Sequence record: SRR22947725_830
Reading direction: 5' to 3' (one strand)
DNA length: 58,360 nucleotides
A program made the translations under genes and the position numbers. Shown one piece after another: positions 37,699 through 47,753 of the stretch (positions are counted from its first letter, which is position 1; each line of letters starts with the position of its first letter). Below the pieces are notes generated by a model. That model made no database searches and had not been told where the DNA came from. It saw nothing but the letters and a program-made list of their open reading frames with translations.

Positions 37699-38327
37699 TG
37701 TTCCTCAAATTTTTCTACTGTGAGTGAATCATCCAATGAAAATGTTCCTACTGTTGTTCGAGTTAATTTTATTAAATGACCAATTGTACCGATTTTTTTT
37801 GCTATATCTTCTGCTAACACTCTAATATAAGTTCCAGATGAACACTCTACTTGTATTTCTAATGTATTGCTATCAATTAGAATACATTTTAAATACTTGA
37901 TCTCTATCTGTTTGGGGTTTCTTTTTACTGAAATATTTTTTCTAGCTAACTTGTAAAGCCTAACACCATTTACTTTTCTTGCTGAATACATTGGAGTTTC
38001 CTGCATCTGAACACCTAAAAATGATTCAGATATTTTTTCAAAGTTAATACTATCAAAATTTGGAACTTCTTTATCTTCTATCACTGTACCTGTAAGATCT
38101 TTTGTATCAGTTTTTTCCCCTAATCTAACTATACCCTTATATGTCTTGTCGTATTGTATTATATCTGACAGCTTTTTAGTTGATTTTCCAACACCTAATA
38201 CTAGAACACCATCAGCGAATGGGTCTAATGTACCAGAGTGCCCTACTTTTTCACGAGTAATTCTCTTAACTTGCTTCACAATGCTAAAAGAAGAAAAATC
38301 TTTAGGCTTATAAATATTATATATCAT
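37686..38327 (-). CDS. truB: tRNA pseudouridine(55) synthase (short form, no C-terminal PUA domain)
   Basis: KVGHSGTLDPFADGVL, PMYSARK, CSSGTYIR. Confidence 0.97.
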   Translation of the reverse strand: MIYNIYKPKDFSSFSIVKQVKRITREKVGHSGTLDPFADGVLVLGVGKSTKKLSDIIQYDKTYKGIVRLGEKTDTKDLTGTVIEDKEVPNFDSINFEKISESFLGVQMQETPMYSARKVNGVRLYKLARKNISVKRNPKQIEIKYLKCILIDSNTLEIQVECSSGTYIRVLAEDIAKKIGTIGHLIKLTRTTVGTFSLDDSLTVEKFEEQWKL

Positions 38328-38329
38328 AA

Positions 38330-38677
38330 CTAGTCAATTTTTTTCATTAATTCATTTATTTTCTGAAATTGCTCAAAAGAGTCGTCATAAATAAATCTTA
38401 ATGTAGGTGTTGACCTTAATTTCAGAGATGTTGATAAATACTTCCTAAATGTGGGAACTAGTAAATTTAATTCTTTATTGATAATCTTTAAGTCCTTGGT
38501 GGGATTTATAATACTATAAAATAAATTTGCGTGCTTTAAATCTGAAGTCATTTTAACGTCTGAAAAAGTTAAAAAACCATATTTTCTCAAATCTAAATCT
38601 TTAGATAAAATTTGATTAATAGTTTTTAAAACTTGTTGTTCAACGCGCTCTGATCTTGAAAATGGTTTAGTATTCAA
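38330..38677 (-). CDS. rbfA: Ribosome-binding factor A
   Basis: R.ERV, V.MTSDL..A, LRSTPTLRF.YD.S; synteny. Confidence 0.93.
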   Translation of the reverse strand: MNTKPFSRSERVEQQVLKTINQILSKDLDLRKYGFLTFSDVKMTSDLKHANLFYSIINPTKDLKIINKELNLLVPTFRKYLSTSLKLRSTPTLRFIYDDSFEQFQKINELMKKID

Positions 38678-38679
38678 CT

Positions 38680-41025
38680 TTATGATAGTTTTCTTTTAAT
38701 CTCATTTATTTTATATGCTACAATTCTATCTCCAGGAAAGTATTTCTTAACACCTTCAACAGCAATTCCACACTCCAAACCAGAATCAACGCTATTGACA
38801 TCATCTTTAAAACGCTTCAATGATACTAGCTTTCCTTTTGATATTAATTCTTCGTCTTCTCTTATAAGCCTAACGAAACAGTCTCTAGTGATTTTTCCAC
38901 TTTCAACTTGCGAACCAGCAATAAAACCAATTTTTGGAATCTTGAATGATTCCTTAACAACAGCTTCTCCAAGCACCTCTTCTACCAGATCTGGTCTTAA
39001 TAGACCTTCAACAGCTAATTTTACATCTTCAACAACCTGATAAATGATATTATATGCTCTAATTTCAACATTACTTTGATTAGCTAATAATCTTGTATTA
39101 GACGGTATTTGAACACCAAAACCTATTACAACAGCTTTAGATGCTTGAGCTAATAATACATCGGAGTCACTTACATTACCGACTCCTCTATGTACAATAT
39201 CAACTCCAACTTCTTCATTGTTAATTTTTTCTAAACTCTGTATTAGAGCTTCAATAGACCCATCAGAATCTGCCTTTATAATAATATTCAAATTATTAAC
39301 ATCACCTTCTTTAATCTGAGCAGATATACTATCTAACGAGGTTTTTTGAACCATTTGTAAGTCAATCTCTCTTTTAATTCTTTGTCTTTCGTTTGCAATC
39401 TTTTTCAGATCTGATTCATTGCTTACTTCTGCAAAAATATCTCCAGATTGAGGAACTTGATCAAATCCAAGGATTTGCACTGCATCTGAAGGTTCGGCTG
39501 TTTTAATACGTTCACCTCTTTCATTCATGATTGCACGAACTTTTCCTGGATAATTATTACAAATAAATGGGGTTCCTATTCTTAAAGTACCTTTTTGAAT
39601 TAAAACAGTTGCTATAGCACCTAAACCTTTATCTAATTTAGAATCAATTACTGTTCCCTTACATTCAATCTTAGCATTTGCTTTCAGATCTAACACTTCA
39701 GCCTCTAATAGAATTGCTTCCATCAATGCATCAATACCTTCACCTGTAATAGCAGAAGTGTGTACGGATTGAATTTTACCGCCCCAATCTTCAACTAATA
39801 CGTCTTTTTCAGACAATTCTCTTTTAACAGTGTCTGGATCAGATCCAGGCTTATCAATTTTATTTATAGCAACAACAATTGGTACTTCTGCTGCCTTAGA
39901 ATGGTTAATAGCTTCTAAAGTTTGAGGCATAACACTGTCATCTGCAGCAACAACAAGAATTACAATGTCAGTAGATTGTGCTCCCCTTGCTCTCATTGCT
40001 GTAAAAGCTTCGTGTCCAGGAGTATCTAAGAATGTAATTTTATTACCATTATGATCAACTTGATACGCTCCAACTCTCTGAGTTATACCACCAGATTCAC
40101 CTGCTGCTACTTTTGTTTCTCTTATATAATCTAATATGGATGTTTTACCATGATCAACATGGCCCATGATTGTTACAACGGGTGCACGACTGGTTGCATC
40201 TGCTAATTCCTTTTCTGTATGAGCCATAACAAACAAATCATCTACTACTTCTTCATACTTACTTAACTCTACATCATATTCGCCAGCAATTAACTCAATT
40301 ATATCCCATTCTAATCGTTGATTTACCGTAGCTAAAACTCCTATCTGTAAGCATTTTCCAATGACTTCACTGGTACTTACATCTAAAACTTTTGCTATCT
40401 CATCAATACTAGCATATTCTGCCAACTCTATTGATCTAGGACTATCGTTTAAGTCTCCTTCAGAATCTTTCTTAGCTTTTTTATAAGATTTCTTTTTTGG
40501 ACTTGAATCCATTGATGCTAAAGTCTTTTTTAATCTTTTTACAGCAGAAGTATCTTTTTTAATTGCTTCCTTATCTTTCTTTATCTCTTTTTTATCTAGA
40601 GATGAAGAAGGTTCTCTTAATGTAATTTTTCTTAATTTTTTCTTAGGTTTTTTAACTTCAGAAACCTGTTCTGGTTTTGTATCTGATGTCTTTACTTCTT
40701 CTTGCTGTTCTTTGATTCTGGCTTTTTTTACTTTGTCTTGTTCTCTTTGATCTTGAACTGACATGATTTTGAATTTTTTAACAGATTTTGTCTCCATAAC
40801 TACCTTAGAGTCATGTATTTCTTTTCTAACCTGCTCTTTCCTATCTCTTTCCGCAGACTGTCTATCTTTTGCAAACTCAGTATATACAACTTGCTGAGTT
40901 TTGCCGTCAATTGGTGACATGTGACTTGTAACAGATATTCCTTTTGATTTTAGAAAATCAACAATATCATTATGAGATATGTTCAGCTCTTTTGCAAGCT
41001 GAAAAATTCTAATAGAATCAGTCAT
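38680..41025 (-). CDS. infB: Translation initiation factor IF-2
   Basis: [31 protein letters not shown]. Confidence 0.99.
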   Translation of the reverse strand: MTDSIRIFQLAKELNISHNDIVDFLKSKGISVTSHMSPIDGKTQQVVYTEFAKDRQSAERDRKEQVRKEIHDSKVVMETKSVKKFKIMSVQDQREQDKVKKARIKEQQEEVKTSDTKPEQVSEVKKPKKKLRKITLREPSSSLDKKEIKKDKEAIKKDTSAVKRLKKTLASMDSSPKKKSYKKAKKDSEGDLNDSPRSIELAEYASIDEIAKVLDVSTSEVIGKCLQIGVLATVNQRLEWDIIELIAGEYDVELSKYEEVVDDLFVMAHTEKELADATSRAPVVTIMGHVDHGKTSILDYIRETKVAAGESGGITQRVGAYQVDHNGNKITFLDTPGHEAFTAMRARGAQSTDIVILVVAADDSVMPQTLEAINHSKAAEVPIVVAINKIDKPGSDPDTVKRELSEKDVLVEDWGGKIQSVHTSAITGEGIDALMEAILLEAEVLDLKANAKIECKGTVIDSKLDKGLGAIATVLIQKGTLRIGTPFICNNYPGKVRAIMNERGERIKTAEPSDAVQILGFDQVPQSGDIFAEVSNESDLKKIANERQRIKREIDLQMVQKTSLDSISAQIKEGDVNNLNIIIKADSDGSIEALIQSLEKINNEEVGVDIVHRGVGNVSDSDVLLAQASKAVVIGFGVQIPSNTRLLANQSNVEIRAYNIIYQVVEDVKLAVEGLLRPDLVEEVLGEAVVKESFKIPKIGFIAGSQVESGKITRDCFVRLIREDEELISKGKLVSLKRFKDDVNSVDSGLECGIAVEGVKKYFPGDRIVAYKINEIKRKLS

Positions 41026-41028
41026 GTA

Positions 41029-42486
41029 TTATTTTTCCTCTTCAGCTTGTTCTTCAGTAGGAGCTTCTTCAGCTACAACTTCTTCAACTTGTTCTTCAGC
41101 AGGAATTTCTTCTACTGCAACTTCTTCTTCAATGGCAGTTTCTTCAACTTGTTCTTCAGTAGCAACTTCTTCGGCTACAACTTCTTCAACTTGCTCTTCA
41201 GTAGGAGCTTCTTCTAACACGACTTCTTCTGGTTCATCATTTCTACTAATAAAAGTATTTACAACAGCACTTATGGAGTTAATTTCATCTCCAGTAAGAT
41301 CTAGTTCATCGACAAGAACAAACTTTTTTGTTCCTAAATAGTCTGCGACACTATTAATATCAGCGCCAGCTAATTTCTTCAATACACCTTTTTTAATACC
41401 TTTAAAAGTGTCAAGATTGGTTTTCTGATTTACTAGGACTTCGTCATATTCTTCTTTAGTGTACGCGTCGATTGTAAAGCCTGTTAATTTAGAAGCTAAA
41501 TTAATATTTACACCACTTCTTCCAACAGCATTTTCTAAACCACCTTCATCAAAAATTGCAACACAATAGTTCCTATCATCGTCTATATATAAATCAATAG
41601 GTTTAGCTGGTGATAAAGCTCTAGTAATAAATACTTCAGATTTATCTGTATAATTCACAATATCTATTTTCTCATTGTTTAATTCTCTAACAACAGATTG
41701 AATACGACTTCCTCTCATACCTACACAGGCACCAACCGCATCAATTCTCTTGTCAATAGAATGAACAATAATCTTACTTCTTTCTCCAGGCTTTCTAGCA
41801 ATTCCTTTAATCTCAATAATACCATCTTCAATTTCAGGAACTTCCATTTCAAATAATTTGTATAGAAATAAGTCATCACTTCTTGATATTAAAATGTCTG
41901 GACCTTTTGGAGTAACCTCAACTGCTTTTACAAGCGCTCTAATCGTATCTCCTCTTCTAAATCTCTCTGAAAAAATTTGCTCATTTCGAGGCATTCTAAG
42001 TTCAGTTTGTTCAATATTTACAAAGGTATTTTCTCTATGTACTTGATGAACAGTACCAATAATCACTTCACCTATTCTTTGGACATAGTCTTCGTATATA
42101 TACTGCTGTTGAACTTCACGCGTTCTTTTATTTAAGAACTGTCTAGCATTAGCAACCAATCTTCTTCCAAAGTTTGCTGGATCAACGACTTCTACAAAAG
42201 TATCTCCTAGTTTTAAATCTACAAGCTCTGGTTCAAGCTCTAGAGCTCTTTCAAGAGTGATATCGAAGTGGTCATCATCTACTTCTTCCACAATAGTTTT
42301 TTCTACATAAATTTCAATTTCACCTTTATCTAGATTTACAATTACACTACAATTGTCAGATTCGCCTTTTTCTTTATCAATAATAAATAAAAAAAGCTGT
42401 TCAATAATTGTTCCTAATTCAGAACGCTCAATATTTTTTTCTCTCGCTAATTCAATAAAAATTTCAATTAAATCTCTGTTTACCAT
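41029..42486 (-). CDS. nusA: Transcription termination factor NusA with acidic repetitive C-terminal tail
   Basis: FGR, S1 domain, FEMEVPEI, AR.PG.RSK, GACVGMRGSR, AVGRSG.N. Confidence 0.98.
   Translation of the reverse strand: MVNRDLIEIFIELAREKNIERSELGTIIEQLFLFIIDKEKGESDNCSVIVNLDKGEIEIYVEKTIVEEVDDDHFDITLERALELEPELVDLKLGDTFVEVVDPANFGRRLVANARQFLNKRTREVQQQYIYEDYVQRIGEVIIGTVHQVHRENTFVNIEQTELRMPRNEQIFSERFRRGDTIRALVKAVEVTPKGPDILISRSDDLFLYKLFEMEVPEIEDGIIEIKGIARKPGERSKIIVHSIDKRIDAVGACVGMRGSRIQSVVRELNNEKIDIVNYTDKSEVFITRALSPAKPIDLYIDDDRNYCVAIFDEGGLENAVGRSGVNINLASKLTGFTIDAYTKEEYDEVLVNQKTNLDTFKGIKKGVLKKLAGADINSVADYLGTKKFVLVDELDLTGDEINSISAVVNTFISRNDEPEEVVLEEAPTEEQVEEVVAEEVATEEQVEETAIEEEVAVEEIPAEEQVEEVVAEEAPTEEQAEEEK
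41032..41225 (-). repeat. ~42-bp (14-aa) imperfect tandem repeats encoding the NusA acidic tail
   Basis: EEAPTEEQVEEVVA / EEVATEEQVEETAI / (EEEVAV) / EEIPAEEQVEEVVA / EEAPTEEQAEEEK. Confidence 0.85.
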
Positions 42487-42520
42487 AGTAACCTTTCAAA
42501 TATTATAGTTTTTTTATTAT

Positions 42521-42546
42521 AACAAAAATGGGCCGTGGCCCATTCA
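42521..42546 (-). promoter_or_regulatory. rimP-leader-like terminator hairpin upstream of nusA
   Basis: Minus strand GAATGGGCC-AC-GGCCCATTTTTGTT: GC-rich TGGGC/GCCCA stem plus U tract, ~40 nt before the nusA ATG. Confidence 0.7.
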
Positions 42547-42591
42547 AATACTGCGTAAATATATTTATTAAAAACCGTTTAAACAAGAAAC

Positions 42592-43245
42592 TTAGTTTAA
42601 AGTTAGCGCTGTTCCGTACACTTCCTCAAATAGCTCAATATATTGACTATTTTCTGTATCTAAACTATTTAAAATTTCTAAAGCTTTAACCTTATTGTTA
42701 TCTGCTACTAAGCGCTTTGCTTTCAATATTGAAATATATGTTTTCTCGTTTTCAGATAACGCGTTTTTTGCTGCATTATCAAAAAATCTCATAGCCTTTT
42801 TTGTATCAGAATCAAGCTGTCCCAACATAATATATGCTTCAGTTTTTAATGTAGAATATTCTAGTTTAGAAGCAGATTCAGATAATAACATCATTGCTTT
42901 ATCATTATTACCATTTATAAAAGCAGTTCTACCTAGATAAAATTTTGCATGAGTTGCTGCTGATGTTCTTTCATAGTCTTCTACTACTGACTCTAATTGT
43001 AAAACAGCATTATCAAAGTCTCCTCTTTCAAAATAAATCATTGCACTGCTTAGTGCAGTATCTGCCGGTGAAGAAGTTTGAGGTCTTGAAACGTCCCACG
43101 CAGACCATGTTACAGAAGCAACCAGTAGAAAAAGAAAAACAGGATTCAATACAATCATATCCAATTTACTATATTCTTTTTTTTCTTTATAGCTCACCGA
43201 AATTGGGTTGCTTATCATTTCTTTTACTTTGTTTGCTAGTGACAT
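42592..43245 (-). CDS. Membrane-anchored tetratricopeptide-repeat protein (YfgM-like)
   Basis: Single TM then TPR-like helices (A..YFERGDFDNA, AKFYLG); start moved to ATG 43245. Confidence 0.7.
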   Translation of the reverse strand: MSLANKVKEMISNPISVSYKEKKEYSKLDMIVLNPVFLFLLVASVTWSAWDVSRPQTSSPADTALSSAMIYFERGDFDNAVLQLESVVEDYERTSAATHAKFYLGRTAFINGNNDKAMMLLSESASKLEYSTLKTEAYIMLGQLDSDTKKAMRFFDNAAKNALSENEKTYISILKAKRLVADNNKVKALEILNSLDTENSQYIELFEEVYGTALTLN

Positions 43246-43249
43246 ATGT

Positions 43250-44287
43250 TTATTTCCAATAATTAAATAGTTTATATAGTTTTGGTCTAAATTTCGTGGA
43301 TAATTTAGCACTAGAAACTTTTTTATCTATATCTTTTCTTAGTTTTCTTTGTTCTTCAACATCTAGCGCATTAAAGTCCCTGCAGTTGACTGAGCAACAC
43401 CTATCGTACTTTGTTGCGCAATTTTCACACTGAATAAATAAAATATGACAAGCATCATTGTTACAGTTAACATGTTGATCACATGTTTTTTGGCATTGAT
43501 GACATTTTCCAATGATATCATCAGTAATTTTTTCACCTAACCTGTCATCAAAAACAAAATTCTTTCCAATAAATTCTGATGGAATATTTTCTTTTTTAAC
43601 ATCATGAGCATATTGGATAATTCCACCATCTAACTGATAGACGTCCTTGAATCCTTTTTTTATCAAATAGGCGCTTGCTTTTTCACAACGAATTCCACCC
43701 GTACAATACAAATGAACTTTTTTATCTTTACTATCCGATATTAACTCTGCTACTTCTGGTAATAATTCTTGAGATCGATGAATATCTGGTGTAATCGCAT
43801 TTTTAAATCTTCCAACTTCACTTTCATAATAATTACGCATATCTACTACGACAGAACCTTCTTCGTTGATTGATTCATTAAATTCTTTAGCTGACAAATG
43901 TTGGCCAACATGATTCATATTGTAACAATCTTTGTCTACTCCATAAGCTACGATTTCATTTTTTACTAAAATTTTTAGCTTTATAAAAGAACTTCCCTCT
44001 TGAACTGCTTTTTTTAGTGTTATGCTATTCAACAATATTTCTGAGTTAATATAGTCTTCAAACATGCTCCATTTATCCTCAGGGACGCTTATCTGAGCAT
44101 TAATACCTTCATCGGCAACATAAACCCTGCCTAAAATATTTAAGTTTGAAAATTTCTCATATAGATGATTGCGAAAAATTTCAGGGTTTTTAATATTGAT
44201 ATATCTATAAAAAGAGCATGTAATACGTTGAAACGCTTCCTGCTCTAAATCTTTTTTTAATTCAAATTTTGACTTTTTATTGAACAT
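43250..44287 (-). CDS. trhO: Rhodanese-domain tRNA uridine(34) hydroxylase (UPF0176/YceA)
   Basis: SFYRY, GRVYVADEGINAQ, DMRNYYESEVGRF, YCTGGIRCEK, GGIIQY, FVFDDR, Cys-rich C-terminus. Confidence 0.92.
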   Translation of the reverse strand: MFNKKSKFELKKDLEQEAFQRITCSFYRYINIKNPEIFRNHLYEKFSNLNILGRVYVADEGINAQISVPEDKWSMFEDYINSEILLNSITLKKAVQEGSSFIKLKILVKNEIVAYGVDKDCYNMNHVGQHLSAKEFNESINEEGSVVVDMRNYYESEVGRFKNAITPDIHRSQELLPEVAELISDSKDKKVHLYCTGGIRCEKASAYLIKKGFKDVYQLDGGIIQYAHDVKKENIPSEFIGKNFVFDDRLGEKITDDIIGKCHQCQKTCDQHVNCNNDACHILFIQCENCATKYDRCCSVNCRDFNALDVEEQRKLRKDIDKKVSSAKLSTKFRPKLYKLFNYWK

Positions 44288-44303
44288 ACATTAATGTTAA
44301 TAG

Positions 44304-44338
44304 AAAAAGAGCCTATTAACAATCATTAATAGGCTCTT
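44304..44338 (-). terminator. Intrinsic terminator
   Basis: AAGAGCCTATTAA-6 nt-TTAATAGGCTCTT perfect 13-bp stem with a T run on the minus strand. Confidence 0.85.
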
Positions 44339-44365
44339 GATTTTTAAGTACTTTTTAAAAATTGA

Positions 44366-45115
44366 TTAATTTGTTGTACTTAGCTCTGGTCTAAATCTCC
44401 AAGTTTCACTCCAAATCCATGACCATCCGTTTCTTACCTTAGTATCTAAATCTGAATCCTCAGAATACATTTGAGCTAAAACAGTAGCAAACTCTGCTTG
44501 CGCAGGAGCTAAAACTTCAGACATTGTCATATGTGGTGTTGAGTATGAATATACTGAGATATTTCCACCTAAAGTTTTTGTCATTGCAACCCATGGGCGA
44601 GCACTATCTGATTGTATTGCTATTTCATTAAATCTTGAAAAAACAGCTTCCGTATTTGCATTACCACCCTGCTGAACACCATAATAATATATAGTAATAA
44701 AGTTTGGTTGTTCGCCATTTATATCAGCACCTTCTACCGTTGGAATATTTCTACTAAGATCAGGTCTTAATGTCCAAAATTCCATACCTCCAACTTGCTC
44801 AATCATACTATTATTCCATTTATCATAAGCTACTGGCGCATGATTACTCAGCGCATCATAAACACTATCTACCATATCTAAAGGTGTGGGCCATTGCGCA
44901 GCTGCAACTCTTACATACTTACCTGCATTAGGTCCATTTACGATCGAAAATGTATTTACAGCGCCTTGACCTGTATGTGCTTTGTTATGATGGATCATTG
45001 CTTTCTCAAAATCTGCTGCTTTTATGCCATCTTTGATACCAAGAACAGTTTGCATATGGTATGCCTGTCCAAAAGCTAAAGAGCAAAAAATAGTCATTAA
45101 TATTATTTTTTTCAT
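44366..45115 (-). CDS. Hypothetical secreted protein with two internally repeated alpha/beta units
   Basis: GAGG RBS, signal peptide ending AFG-Q; EFWTLRPDLS and ETWRFRPELS close the two halves. Confidence 0.7.
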   Translation of the reverse strand: MKKIILMTIFCSLAFGQAYHMQTVLGIKDGIKAADFEKAMIHHNKAHTGQGAVNTFSIVNGPNAGKYVRVAAAQWPTPLDMVDSVYDALSNHAPVAYDKWNNSMIEQVGGMEFWTLRPDLSRNIPTVEGADINGEQPNFITIYYYGVQQGGNANTEAVFSRFNEIAIQSDSARPWVAMTKTLGGNISVYSYSTPHMTMSEVLAPAQAEFATVLAQMYSEDSDLDTKVRNGWSWIWSETWRFRPELSTTN

Positions 45116-45200
45116 GTTAACCTCATTATTTTTTTATTTTTATTAATTTAGTAATTGAATGTTAGTATAACATTAGAATTATTATTTTATTACATAAAAT

Positions 45201-45239
45201 AAATAACGCCCGACAGGAAGGTTTCGTCGAGCGTTATTT
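45201..45239 (-). terminator. Intrinsic terminator of the TonB receptor gene
   Basis: Minus strand AAATAACGCTCGAC-loop-GTCGGGCGTTATTT followed by ATTTT. Confidence 0.8.
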
Positions 45240-45285
45240 CCTCTATTTTAAGGTATAATTGAAAGCAACTAAGTAGAAGACAACC

Positions 45286-47661
45286 TTAAAAATTATAGTT
45301 CACTCCAACAGAAATAGATCTTGGCATTGTAGGACGAGCACCATACGGTCTTCGTGCTACAACAGCATCTTTATCTAATAGATTTTTAATACCTATAGAT
45401 AAAGTAATATTATTTTGAAGTGAATGCTTTACGCCTAAATCAATTAGAGTAAGAGCATCAGTAGAATTTGCGTCATCTAAACGACCAGACCCTGCTGTTG
45501 TTCTTGCTGCTGAATTGTGTTTCAGGCCAATGTTAACAGAGGTTTTATCCATGTTAACACCTAAGTTTAAAGATACCATTGTTTCTGGTATGTAAGGAAG
45601 TTCATCCCCTCGAGATACATCACCCCAAAAACCATCAAATGATTCTCTAAACTCAGTATTAGTTTTTGTGTATGCAATTTCAATTGGTAATTGAATAGAT
45701 CCATTATCCATTAGCATACGTCTTAAATATAATTCTAATCCAGATACATCCACAGCACCACCATTATACAGTTCGTTTGAACCAGTACCACCTGTTGCTG
45801 CAGTATCTGCACCAAGAAGATTGTCATATTTGTTCATGAAGAATGTTAACTCTAACCCATTCAGACCTTCATAAGTTCTTACTGTCCATTCATGATTCCA
45901 ACTTTCTTCTGATTTTACTTCTTGAGTAACACCATCAACTACCTTAGTACCACCTGGTCCATGAGGAGCAAATCCTTTATGAATACCATATCCAAGTGTA
46001 GTTCCATCTTCAAGTGCATATTCTACTGATATACCAGGAACAATCACATCAAATGTATCTTCTTTAATTGATGCATCTCCTGCACGAGTTGGGTCTGTTT
46101 TACCCCAGTCTTCTCTTTTAACAGTGATTTTTTCATATCTTAATCCACCAGTTACAATGAAATTGCCTGAAGTCATTCTATCTTCAACATAAAGTGAAGT
46201 TGCTTCAGCAGAATCGATTCTATTTGAGTCGGTACCAGGAGTTGCTGCTGTAGTCATATTTAACTTACCACCAACCATTTGGTATCTATCTTCCCATTGA
46301 AAACGATCCATTTCATCTGCGTGAATACGTAAACCAGCTTGTATATCATGATTTTCAATGCTCCAGTTTAATACTGCTTGAACACCACTTGATAAATATT
46401 CACGATTATTGTTTTTAATTCTATATGCGTCGGCATCACTATCCATTGCATCCATTAATGCGAAAGCAGTTGCGTTGCCTGCTGGGTCTGCAATTAGACC
46501 AAGACTTGAACCGTCAACTTTATTTAGTTTATACCAATTTCTTGCAAACTCATTATTGTAAGCACTAACTGCCATAGTTAAATTATTTGATAATTTACCT
46601 GCGTATGATAGTACAAATTGAGAATGATCTGCATCCATCTCATCTAATTGAGACGCACGATATCTTCTTAATGGATTTGCAGCATAATCATCATCAGATA
46701 ATCCAAGATATGTTTCATCTGAGATTTCATCTGTCATAGAAACTTTCATTTCTACTGCGTGATTAACGCTCATTGTATAACGAACTTTAGCCATTACATC
46801 AGTTTTAGCATAACCAGTGTTTCCCCCGCCATCTAACTCTTTAAATCCGTCTGTCATATCATTGTATACTTCAAATAAATATCCCCATTGACCCATTGTA
46901 TTCCCTGATTTAACATGTAATACTGTTTTACCAAAGCTTCCAGCCATAAAGTCAACACTATTAAGTGATGATGAAGGAATTGCAGTTGAAATATAATTTA
47001 ATGATCCACCTGTAGTGAAAGGTCCATGCTTAATTTGAGTAGAACCTTTACGTACTTCAAGTCCTTGCATACGCCCCATTGTTGGAGAATAATATGCGGC
47101 TGGTGATGCATATGGAGCTGGTGCGATAATAATACCATCTTCCATTACATTAAGCTTTTCCATACGTTCTAAACCTGTACCACGAATCCCAATATTAGGT
47201 CTTAATCCAAGACCATCTTCTTCCTGTACATATACTCCAGGAATACGAGATACAACACGGTGAATGTCTGTATGATTAAATTGTTTTAATTCTGATTCTG
47301 AAACAACAGAACTTGGTCTGACAGATCTTAAAAACATGCCTGAAGTAATACTAGCAGCATCTGCTAATACGTCAACAGCATCTAATGCTACAGGTCTATT
47401 AGAAAGTTCTACAGATACGCTTCCACCACTAACAGTTATGCTTTTATCTGCGAAACCAATTGCTGAAAATGTTGCTGTTGTAGGTACTGTTGCTGTAAAT
47501 GCAAAGCTACCATCACTACCACTTGTTGTACCAAAACCGTTTGAAAGAACGATATTAACATCAGCTACAGGATTGTTGTCTCCATCTGTTACAACACCGG
47601 AAACAGTAGTCTGAGCAAAAATCAAACTAAAAAATCCTAATATTATTGCTATGTTTTTCAT
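45286..47661 (-). CDS. TonB-dependent receptor, FecA (ferric-citrate)-like, with N-terminal CarboxypepD_reg-like domain
   Basis: Plug PGVYVQEEDGLGLRPNIGIRG, EVRKG...GP.T.GG..N, ELPYIP, NLLD..., C-terminal YNF. Confidence 0.92.
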   Translation of the reverse strand: MKNIAIILGFFSLIFAQTTVSGVVTDGDNNPVADVNIVLSNGFGTTSGSDGSFAFTATVPTTATFSAIGFADKSITVSGGSVSVELSNRPVALDAVDVLADAASITSGMFLRSVRPSSVVSESELKQFNHTDIHRVVSRIPGVYVQEEDGLGLRPNIGIRGTGLERMEKLNVMEDGIIIAPAPYASPAAYYSPTMGRMQGLEVRKGSTQIKHGPFTTGGSLNYISTAIPSSSLNSVDFMAGSFGKTVLHVKSGNTMGQWGYLFEVYNDMTDGFKELDGGGNTGYAKTDVMAKVRYTMSVNHAVEMKVSMTDEISDETYLGLSDDDYAANPLRRYRASQLDEMDADHSQFVLSYAGKLSNNLTMAVSAYNNEFARNWYKLNKVDGSSLGLIADPAGNATAFALMDAMDSDADAYRIKNNNREYLSSGVQAVLNWSIENHDIQAGLRIHADEMDRFQWEDRYQMVGGKLNMTTAATPGTDSNRIDSAEATSLYVEDRMTSGNFIVTGGLRYEKITVKREDWGKTDPTRAGDASIKEDTFDVIVPGISVEYALEDGTTLGYGIHKGFAPHGPGGTKVVDGVTQEVKSEESWNHEWTVRTYEGLNGLELTFFMNKYDNLLGADTAATGGTGSNELYNGGAVDVSGLELYLRRMLMDNGSIQLPIEIAYTKTNTEFRESFDGFWGDVSRGDELPYIPETMVSLNLGVNMDKTSVNIGLKHNSAARTTAGSGRLDDANSTDALTLIDLGVKHSLQNNITLSIGIKNLLDKDAVVARRPYGARPTMPRSISVGVNYNF

Positions 47662-47677
47662 AATTCCCCTTTTATGT

Positions 47678-47749
47678 TATTGAGATTATGTCGCAATATT
47701 ATAGTAGAAAAATTCTAAATGCAAGTAGTATTGAGATTTAATCTCAATA
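47678..47749 (-). promoter_or_regulatory. Sigma70-like promoter (TTGCAT-N17-TAATAT) flanked by two Fur-like palindromic operators
   Basis: Perfect 10-1-10 palindrome TATTGAGATT-T-AATCTCAATA at 47729-47749 and variant TATTGAGATT-A-TGTCGCAATA at 47678-47698. Confidence 0.75.
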
Positions 47750-47753
47750 AATG

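Noticed and set aside
40972-41341. Plus-strand Ser-rich (105 aa) and Phe-rich (81 aa) ORFs
   Set aside because: Antisense shadows of the GAA-rich NusA tail repeats.
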